In this document: positions 53,742 to 64,000 of the stretch, one piece after another
How positions within the stretch are numbered: position 1 is the stretch's first letter
How the letters are laid out: each line of letters starts with the position of its first letter
Source of the DNA: Octopus sinensis
Taxonomy: Eukaryota
DNA length: 64,000 nucleotides
Reading direction: 5' to 3'
Assembly: GCF_006345805.1 (NCBI RefSeq)
Contig: NC_043006.1
Location: 60,202,001-60,266,000, forward strand
Notes under the pieces: model-generated
The model's input: the letters and a program-made list of their open reading frames with translations, nothing else
Told to the model about the DNA's origin: nothing
Database searches by the model: none
Translations under genes and position numbers: made by a program

Positions 53742-54305
53742 ATTTCGCAGGGATCGACCTTGCCTTTCATCCTTTCGGAAAAGATAAAATAAGTACCAGT
53801 TGAACACTGCAGTTGTAAAATGTATTTGTAAACAACCTATTTGTTGATGACTTCCTTTGCCTGAATTCCTCACTTTTGAGATTGTTAACATTTGTTAACG
53901 ATAAGAAGCTTGCTTCTCAATCACATGGTTCCGGGTTCAGGCCCACTGCGAGGCACCTTGGACAACTGTCATCTACTATAGCCTCGGGCTGTACACAACG
54001 GGATCCTTTCAATTTCCGTCTACCAAATTACCAAATCCCTTTACAAGGATTTGGTCAGCCCGAGGCTATAGTAGATGACAGTTGTCCAAGGTGCCTCGCA
54101 GTGGGCCTGAACCCGGAACCATGTGATTGAGAAGCAAGCTTCTTATCGTTAACAAATGTTAACAATCTCAAAAGTGAGGAATTCAGGCAAAGGAAGTCAT
54201 CAACAAATAGGTTGTTTACAAATACATTTTACAACTGCAGTGTTCAACTGGCACTTATTTTATCTTTTCCGAAAGGATGAAAGGCAAGGTCGATCCTTGC
54301 GAAAT
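53742..54305. repeat. 250-bp inverted duplication with 64-bp spacer (unit 3 only)
   Basis: 53742-53991 is the reverse complement of 54056-54305, with ~2 mismatches. Confidence 0.9.
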
Positions 54306-54389
54306 TTGAACCCAGAACGTAAAGACGGATCAAATGTCGATAATCATTTTACCCTGCGTGCTAAATTTTCTTATTTCTTTATTGTCCAC

Positions 54390-55870
54390 AAGGGGCTAAA
54401 CATAGTGGGGACAAACAAGGACAGACAAAGGGATTAAGGTGATTACATCGACCCCAGTGCGTAACTGGTACTTAGTTTATCGACCCCGAAAGGATGAAAG
54501 GCAAAGTCGACCTCAGTGGAATTTGAACTCAGAACGTAGCGGCAGACGAAATACTTATTTCTTTACTGCCCACAAGGGGTTAAACACAGAGGGGACAAAC
54601 AAGGACAAACAAAGGGATTAAGGTGATTACATCGACCTTAGTGCGTAACTGGTACTTAGTTTATCGACCCCGAAAGGATGAAAGGCAAAGTCGACCTCAG
54701 TGGAATTTGAACTCAGAACGTAACGGCAGACGAAATACTTATTTCTTTACTGCCCACAAGGGGTTAAACACAGAGGGGACAAACAAGGACAAACAAAGGG
54801 ATTAAGTCGATTACATCGACCTCAGTGCGTAACTGGTACTTATTTAATCGACCCCGTAAGAATGAAAGGCAAAGTCGACCTCAGCGGAATTTGAACTCAG
54901 AACGTAGCGGCAGACGAAATACTTATTTCTTTACTGCCCACAAGGGGTTAAACACAGAGGGGACAAACAAGGACAAACAAAGGGATGAAGTCGTTTACAT
55001 CGACCTCAGTGCGTAACTGGTACTTATTTAATCGACCCCGAAAGGATGAAAGGCAAAGTCGACCTCAGCGGAATTTGAACTCAGAACGTAGCGGCAGACG
55101 AAATGCCCATTTCTTTACTGCCCACAAGGGGTTAAACACAGAGGGGACAAACAAGGACAAACAAAGGGATTAAGTCGTTTACATCGACCCCAGTGCGTAT
55201 CAGGCACTTAATTTATCGACCCCGAAAGGATGAAAGGCAAAGTCGACCTCAGCGGAATTTGAACTCAGAACGTAGCGGCAGACGAAATACCTATTTCTTT
55301 ACTGCCCACAAGTGGTTAAACACAAAGGGGACTAACAAGGACAAACAAAGGGATTAAGTCGTTTACATCGACCCCAGTGCGTAACAGGCACTTAATTTAT
55401 CGACCCCGAAAGGATGAAAAGCAAAGTCGACTTCAGCGGAATTTGAACTCAGAACGTAACGGCAGACGAAATACCTATTTCTTTACTGCCCACAAGGAGT
55501 CAAACACAGAAGGGACAAACAAAGGGATTAAGTCGTTTACATCGACCCCAGTGCGTAACAGGCACTTAATTTATCGACCCCGAAAGGATGAAAGGCAAAG
55601 TCGACCTCAGCGGAATTTGAACTCAGAACGTAGCGGCAGACGAAATACCTATTTCTTTACTGCCCACAAGATGTTAAACACAGAGGGGACAAACAAGGAC
55701 AAACAAAGGGATTAAGTCGTTTACATCGACCCCAGTGCGTAACAGGCACTTAATTTATCGACCCAGAAAGGATGAAAGGCAAAGTTTACCTCGGCGGAAT
55801 TTGAACTCAGAACGTAACGGCAAATGAAACACGGCTACGCATTTCGCCCGGCGTTCTAACGTTTCTGCCA
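54390..55870 (-). repeat. Tandem array of eight 184-bp SINE-A internal units
   Basis: Unit starts at 54390, 54574, 54758, 54942, 55126, 55310, 55494 and 55668. A single SINE head is at the right end. Confidence 0.92.
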
Positions 55871-56124
55871 GCTCGCCGTCTTAGTGTGTCGAAATATGAA
55901 TATCGAAAAAAGAAGGGGTTAAACTAATATACCCTTTGTAATTTTCATAAAGTACACATATCAAAATATACTAGTTCCTAGTTCCGTATGAAGCTATTTT
56001 CTGGGGTGAGAAATATGTAAATTTTATTTTAAAGCAAATGGTTCGTTGGGAGACATTTCGACTACAGTCATAACATTCACGCTCCATATCCGGGAGGAAA
56101 CCCAGACCTGCATACTATTCTCTC

Positions 56125-56203
<79 letters not shown>

Positions 56204-57592
56204 TATTTACATGTGTACTTTCCTATATATTGTTTTGATCTGAGATCGTGTGCTGAAACTGGCCATTAGGAAATACACAAAGAAAGTTAACTTCAATTAA
56301 ACTTTTAATTTAAGAACTTTTCGCGGACTGCTACCTTATTCTAAGGAATAGACACGATGTTTACGCCAGAGAAAATTGTTGGCGACATTTCGTCTTCATG
56401 TTCTGAGTTCAAATTCCACCGATATCCACTTCGCCTTTCATCCTTTCGGGGTCGATAAAATAAGTACCCGTTGAGTACTGAGTTCGATGTTATCGACTTA
56501 ACCCCTTCTCCGAAATTGTTGGCCTTGTGCCAAAATTTGAAACTAATATTTTTAGAGAATTTGAGCAAAATCAATAAACTGGTAAATATCGCACTAATTC
56601 CAATGTTCAACAATGAATTGCTAGGTTACCTATTGTCGTTCTTCCAAAATTTGGTTAAATTTCGATACTTTCACCCTCACGAGTTTCACCAAGAAAAAAA
56701 AAACTCGGATTTTTCGCATGGAATTAAGTGAAATCGGAAAAAAGGGGTGGGGAAAACTGGACCCCATCCATTCCGGAATCATTGGAATATTTTATATTTT
56801 CGTTGAATGAATTACAGTGACCTAATATGCCACAAAATGCTTGTTTGGTCCGGAAAACGGGGTGGAACCCTTGGAAATTTCACCTCCCCGTTCTCATTGG
56901 GAAGTACACCCGCACGATTTTCACTAAGAAAAAAGAAATTCGAATTTTTTTCATGGAATCAAGTACTCTGACCTCCTAATATGCAGAAAACCCCATGATT
57001 TTTTTCGGAAAAAAGATGGGGAGAAAAAGCCGGATCCTCCATCTTGGAATCATTGGATGTTCTTTTTTCGTTGAATGAATTACGGTGACCTCCTAATATG
57101 CCACAAAACCCATTTTTGGTCCGAAAAACAGAGGGTGGGGCGTGGAACACACGGAAATTTTACCCCACCACTCTCAACATTTTACAAAAATACGTTTTCC
57201 AGAGTGCGGATTACTTGGTTCGTTATTCAATAAATAGAGAATGTGGATTAATATGTTCACATGTATATTGTGTGTATTTTATGCTGAAAATATTTTTTGT
57301 GAAGTCGTAATGAATGCATATATATATGTATATATGGCGTGTGTCTGTATAAGTAGACAGGTAAAAATTTACCTACAAAGTACTACTTACTTCTTTGCTG
57401 TCAAATCATTAATTAATCCCAACAAAATACACACTTTTTCTCCACTAAATATTTTCAGTTTTATACCAGTGTTTTAGAAAAAGAAAACAAAAATCTTTCG
57501 CGCGCAAACACACTTCTGTTTCATTTTTGTGTGAGAGGGAGAGAGAGGGAATAAATGTTTTCTCTTTTCAAAAAAGTAATTTAAAATAAATA

Positions 57593-57814
57593 GGCGTAGG
57601 AGTGACTGTGTGGTAAGTAGCTTGCTTACCAACCAAACAGTTCCAGGTTCAGTTCCACTGCGTGTCATCTTGGGCAAGTGTCTTCTACACTCGCCTCGGG
57701 CCGACCAGAGCCTTGTGAGTGGATTTGGCACACGGAAACTGAAAGAAGCCCGTCGTATATATGTATATATATATATGTATATACATATATATATGTATAT
57801 ATATATGTATATAC

Positions 57815-57901
<87 letters not shown>

Positions 57902-58135
57902 TTGTGTGTGTGTGTGCGTGTATGTTTGTGTGGCTGTGTTTGTTTGTCCCCCCCAACATCGCTTGATAACCGATGCTGCTGTGTTTACATCCCCGTAACT
58001 TAGCGGTTCGGCAAAGAGACCGATAGAATAAGTATTAGGCTTACAAAGATTAAGTCCTGGGGTCGATTTGCTCGACTAAAGGCGGTGCTCCTGCATAGCC
58101 ACAGTTAAATCATTGAAACAAGTAAAAGAGTAAAA
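57593..58135 (+). mobile_element. SINE family B present only in unit 3
   Basis: ggcgtaggagtgactgtgtggtaag...tgaaacaagtaaaagag. Units 1 and 2 go directly from ttttctc into SINE-A at 21175 and 44218. Confidence 0.75.
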
Positions 58136-58764
58136 TGAGATGGTTAAATAGAAGGAAATACTTATTTCTTTACTACCCACAAGGGGCTAAACACAGAGAG
58201 GACAAACAAGGACAGACAAACAGATGAAGTTGATTACATCGAACCACTGCGTAACTGGTACTTATTTAATCGCCCCGAAAGGATGAAAGGCAAAGTCGAC
58301 CTCGGCGGAATTTGAACTCCGAACGTAACGGCAGACGAAATACGACAACGCATTTCGCCCCGGCGTGCTAACGTTTCTTCCAGCTCGTCACCTTTAAATA
58401 GAGGGAAATATTAGAGTTCAATATGAGGAGTTATTTTGGAAAAGGAAGCAAATAAGGAGTATATAGGGAAATAGAATGTAGAGATAAAAATAAAAATGTA
58501 TAAAGATGTTATAGTTACAGTTCTGTTATCCAAGGAAAGTGGTTGAAATGCTTCCTGTCCGTGGTATGTAAATTCCAATATGTATGTACGTGTGCATGTA
58601 GGCGTGTATATGTGCGCACGTGTATGCGTTTATGCATGTATTTAGGGGTATGCGTGTGTGCGCATATATATATGTGTATGGATGTGCATGTATGTTTGTA
58701 TGGGCATATGTATGTATACGTATGTGCGTATATATTTGTACGTGTATATGTATCTGTGTGTATG

Positions 58765-58798
<34 letters not shown>

Positions 58799-60657
58799 TG
58801 CATGCATGCATACAGGTTTAAATACACTAGTACGCAAGTCTATATAATAATGCATCTCACACACACATACATGTGCATGTGTGCGTGCGTATATCGATAT
58901 ACACTTCTCTCTTTCCTTCTCTCTGATTCCTCTCTCCATACTATAACATTAGCCAGTTGAATAAGCATATAAATCTATTTATAGAAACTTGACAGTCTTA
59001 GTATTCTTCCCTTCCAATTTGTGGTTTACTACTGACTTTAGAAACCCTCCTCCTATATCTTTTCCTGTACCCATTCCTTAACACCATTGTAACATATCAC
59101 TCCACCTCACACATATTCACTACATACATTCTTATCACTTCTTACCCTCCCCTACTCCTCTCCCATTCCCCCCTCATAATATCTTGACCACCATCTAACA
59201 CTCCTTTCACTTTTTTCACTTCCTTCTACCTTTTTCATTTTCTCTTCCTATTTCTTTCCTTCTTCTTTTCTCACCTTTTCCTTTGACCTCTTTCTTCATT
59301 TTAACATACACAGCTCTTCTCCCCTCTCTATCCACTAACATATGATCACCTAAATCCCCAAACTGCAACCCCTTTGATTATTATGTGTGAGGCGCTGTTG
59401 GGCGAGAGATTAACAAAACTCCTTGTAACACCAAAGATGAACTGAAAGCAAGGATTATGGCAGCATTCACCAACTTAAAGAAAGAGACAGTCCAGAAGAG
59501 TTGCAGGAGATTCCGAAATAGTTTGGATGCTGTGGTTGATCCCAATGGCGATTTTATTGAATAAATTTACTTTTTAGTATTTCAAGATATTTTTATGTAA
59601 TTTTAGTAAATATATCTGTTAAAATGAGATGTCGGTGTTATTTTCATTTTTGCATAATTTAAACAACAATATATTCACCACACCCTGTATGTGTGTTTTA
59701 CTGTATATGTTAGTTTTACTGTCTCCTTGCCTTAAATTCGAGCAGTGGTTTTGTGTGTCATTAATGCAAGAGATGTTCTTCGTTTTCAGCCTTCCACATA
59801 ATCAGGCCTAGGCTTGGATACCTTTCCCATCGACTATCCCCACCTGCTTCCATATGAGGGTTGGCGACGGGGGTGACATTCGGCTATACAAAATCTGTCT
59901 GTTCCATGCGAGCGTGGACGTTTCATATATATTCATATTGCATGGATTATAATATTTTCAACCGAAATGTTACAACCGTATCTGATTGTTCAAGTGCTTC
60001 AGTTCTGCTTATGTACATATATTTACTCCATTGCTAGCATTTATCAATGGTTTCTCTCATTGTCTCGATGCACCATTTTCTATCATTAATAAAACCGTCG
60101 ACATTTTTGACAACACAGGTATGCTTGTTTGCTAATAATATCTTGTATTAAAAACTAAGTGTGGACGTGAAAATGCTTCTACATTTGTGCTTTAAATGTA
60201 AACTTGTTAAAATGTTAGCCCTTCGTTTAATGGAATAACGGCAAGAGTTTGTTTTAGTGTAATTAATAACATTTGTTGGGTTTTAGATGCGTGAAACGTG
60301 TAATAGATTTCCACCCTTTCTCCTTCCAAAGGGTTTTTTCTTTGTCTTAGTAGCTATTGTTTCTAACTGCAATCATTTCGAGACACATCGTTAATAAAAC
60401 TCATTTACACATTTCACCATAATTCTATGCCTCCGTTTTATTTCTCGCTGTATACGTACGGCGCAGGCATGGCTGTGTGGTAAAAAGCTTGCTCCCCAAT
60501 CACATGGTTCCAAGTTCAGTCCGTGGCACCTTGGGTAAGTGTCTTCTACTTTAGCCTCGGACCGACCAAAACCTTGTGAGTGGATTTGGTAGACGGAAAC
60601 TGAAAGAAGCCTATCATATATATATATATATACACACACGCACACACACATGCACGC

Positions 60658-60720
<63 letters not shown>

Positions 60721-61287
60721 TGAATATGTTTTGTGTCTGTGTTTGTCCCCCTACCATCGCTTGACAACTGATACTGGTGTATTTAGGTCCCAGTAATGTA
60801 GCGGTTCGGCAAAATAGTCCGATAGAATAAGTACTCGGCTTACAAAGAACAAGTTCTGCGGCGGATTTCTTCGACTAAAACCTTTTAAGGTGGTGCTCCA
60901 GCATGGCTGTAGTTAAATGACTGAATCAAGTAAAAGAGTATATATATATTTAAAACGTTTTGAGATTGTCTCTACAGATTCTCTATCGAAATTATAGCCA
61001 GCACTGATTTGTGACAACATTTCATATTCAAATACGTCTAATGTAAACAGTGCAATCGAAGATAGAAAAAGTATGTAATGGATTTATATGAACATTGCCT
61101 CAACACATCTAACCCATTAACTGTTCACGAACTCATTGTTTAAATAGCTACAAAATATAGCGGTGCAACACTAGTGGATCTACCAGTTGTACACATCTAT
61201 AGTCTTCATTGTAACTACCTTGATTTCCCCTATGTGACACTTTTAAAAATCTCACCTTAATTTTCTCCCCTGTCTCCCCTACTACCT

Positions 61288-62216
61288 GACATAGATGCCA
61301 ATTTAAAGAATGCCACAGTATTGAAATATGCAGACGACATCAAGCTGTACCTTGAAATCAAGAGGACAGATCCTGATGTCTACAACTCTTTCCTGCAATC
61401 AGACCTAGACACAATGCAGCAATGGATCACAGACTGGCAACTGAAACTGGCCGTGGACAAGTGTACCACCATGCATTTTGGGAGAAAAAACCCTGCGTCC
61501 ACATACTCCCTCCACAACACTGATATCAAGAAATCCTCTTGCGAGCGTGACCTAGGCATCACTGTCAGCAGTGATTTGCGTTGGACAAAGCATATCTCTA
61601 AAATTGTCAAGAAGGCCGAGGGTGTCTTGGCATCACTCAGCAAGACTTTTGTTAGCCGCTCTCCAGCCATCTATTTAAAACTGTATACAGCTATGGTACG
61701 ACCACACTTGGAATTCGCATCATCAGTTTGGAACCCCTATCTTGCTCAGAACATTGACCTCCTGGAATCTGTCCAGAGACGTGTAACCAAACGTATACCG
61801 TCCATCAGACACCTACCATATTCTGAGCCCATTGTTTCCCTGGGAATGGATTCACTGAAGCTCCGGCGTCTGGCGACGGACTTGGTAAACACCCACAAAG
61901 TTATCAACCACCTCACCAACAACAACACTGAACACCTTTTTGATCTCCATGTGTCTAACACACGTGGACATGCCTACAAAGTCAGAAAACAACACAGCTC
62001 CCATGACTTTCGGAAACATTTTTTCACGCTCAGAGTTGCTGAAGCATGGAATAAACTGCCTGCGTCAGTTGTTGACTGCCATGACACTGCATCCTTTAAG
62101 GCCCTCATGCTTTCCGAAATCCGCCGAAACTACACCTGATTATATATACACTTTAGATGAGTTGTAGTGCACCTGAGCACTGTACACAATTATTATTATT
62201 ATTATTATTATTATTA
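61288..62216 (+). mobile_element. 5'-truncated CR1-group LINE, unit 3
   Basis: The ORF 61321-62139 translates identically to the other two copies. Confidence 0.9.
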
Positions 62217-63138
62217 CTTACCGTTGCTCTATTTTAATTTACCTCTCTCCCTTTCTCTCTCTCTCTCACTCTCTCTCTATCCAACATTTCCTCTGCTTTT
62301 CCTGTCACCTGCTTCTGCTGATCACCACTCTTTTCTATCGCCCTTTGCGTCCAATTATATTTAGATTATATTTAGATGAAGGTCATTTTATTATTCTCCC
62401 CGTGCACTAGAACTCTTCCTCTTTCAAGAGGAAAGGCACCATCCTTTATACTCTGTATCTACTTGTTTTCTACAAGTTTTATATTTCCCCTCTGTGCGTT
62501 TTCAGTGGCAAAACCTGATTTCATTTCGTTCAAACTGGTAATTTCCAGACTAATCATCGAAACGGTTCCTAACCGCCGAAATCGTGTAACTCTTGCAGCA
62601 TTATAGACCCTTGGGCAAATCACTGCACATGGCTCTATAGTATTTATTTATTGACAGCAAGCCACGTCATACAAAGATTAGAATTGGACCCTTAGACCTA
62701 TGAGGCTCCTAGACAACTGCGTATTGTGCCGATGCTTTGAAGTAGCACTGGACTCTGTATTAAAAACGTCGGCTGATGAAATGGGTTTATATGTATGTCT
62801 GTCTTTTCTTCTCTCCTTTGATTGTCGTACATGACATGGTAAGAAGGCGGCGGATTGGCAGAATCGTTAGCACGCCGGCGAAATGCGTAGCCGTATTTCG
62901 TCTGCTGTTACGTCCTGAGTTCAAATTCCGCCGAGGTCGACTTTGCCTTTCATCCTTTCGAGGTCGATAAATTAAGTACCAGTTACGCACTGGGGTCGAT
63001 GTAATCGACTTAATCTGTTTGTCTGTCCTTGTTTGTCCTGTCTGTGTTTAGCCCCTTGTGGGTAGTAAAGAAATAGGTAAGCATTCAAACAGTATACGCA
63101 TATACACACACGTATTCATATACACAAGTACGCACACA

Positions 63139-63186
<48 letters not shown>

Positions 63187-64000
63187 TAGATAGATAGATA
63201 GATATATATATAGAGAGAGTGTGTGTATATATGTACGTATGTGTATACATATGAATATATGGATATGCAAGTTATTCATAAGAAATAAAGACACGGGTCG
63301 AAGAACCCGAATTCTATTAAAACCCCGGGGGAACAACATCACCACGACGACTATTATTATCACTGCTGCTGGTTACTCGACGGCTACAGCCACTCTTATA
63401 GAAAACAAGTCTTGACGACACTTTTTAATTTACCAAAACAGATAGTAGCAATTTGCCGTCACAGACAGTTCAATTGTCATGCCACGAAAATTGACGGAAA
63501 CTACCACGTGCTCTTGCAGAAAAAGGAAAGTAAACTATGAATGGTAATTTTAATTTTAACTTTATTTTATTAATAGCTCTTTCCTCTCTACATATTCCAT
63601 TTTAGTACATATTTTTGAAAAGGTTGTTCAAAAATCGAAACATGTAAAACAAATCTAAAACATTCTTCTTTTAATGTATTTATATAAAGGAAAATTAAAA
63701 TGTGCCCAATTTTTGAAAGTAGCATTTTAGTTCTTTTTCATAAATCTGTGTGGTAAGTATCTTGCTTACCAACCACATGGTTCCGGGTTCAGTCCCACTC
63801 GTGGCACCTTGGGCACGTGTCTTCTGCTATAGCCTCGGGCCGACCAAAGCCTTGTGAGTAGATTTGGTAGACGGAAACTGAAAGAAGCCCGTCGTATATA
63901 TGTATATATATATGTATGTGTGTGTATATGTTTGTGTCTGTGTTTGTCCTCCCAACATCGCTTCACAGCCGATGTTGGTGTGTTTACGTCCCCGTAACAT

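Larger units (their letters stand above)
49799..64000. repeat. Segmental tandem repeat, unit 3 (starts inside exon 2, runs off the window)
   Basis: Collinear with ~14.7-27.08 kb of unit 1. Confidence 0.9.

Noticed and set aside
54390-55870. CRISPR-like array
   Set aside because: The whole 184-bp unit repeats with no unique spacers, it is SINE-derived, the context is eukaryotic and there are no cas genes.

Overview
AT-rich, microsatellite-dense animal DNA. The SINE families look like those of Octopus-type cephalopods (inference, not searched). 1-6.67 kb is a (CATA/CATG)n satellite with a ~3.07-kb higher-order period. From ~7.49 kb onward the window is a tandem segmental repeat in three copies (7490-31190; 31191-49698; 49799-end, after a 100-N gap). 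Each copy carries a 3-exon gene for a secreted protein. Exon 1 encodes a signal peptide, one giant exon encodes tandem 37-aa six-cysteine VWC/pacifastin-like modules (39 in copy 1, ~27 in copy 2, only the 3' part in copy 3), and a 5-codon last exon follows. The gene is trailed by TE relics: SINEs, a Helitron with a RepHel helicase tail, a Tc1/mariner end and a 5'-truncated CR1-group LINE. Between copies 1 and 2 are two adjacent (TA)n-flanked ribozyme-bearing elements that the ORF track does not reveal. (i) A 356-bp structured monomer in circularly permuted tandem-plus-inverted form, carrying a type-I hammerhead fold with the non-canonical compensatory core UUGAUAA (U3-A8); this is a retrozyme candidate. 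(ii) A Penelope-like element relic with a GIY-YIG C-terminus, an inverted pseudo-LTR and canonical CUGAAGA hammerheads. All comparisons were made by eye; no database search or folding was run.
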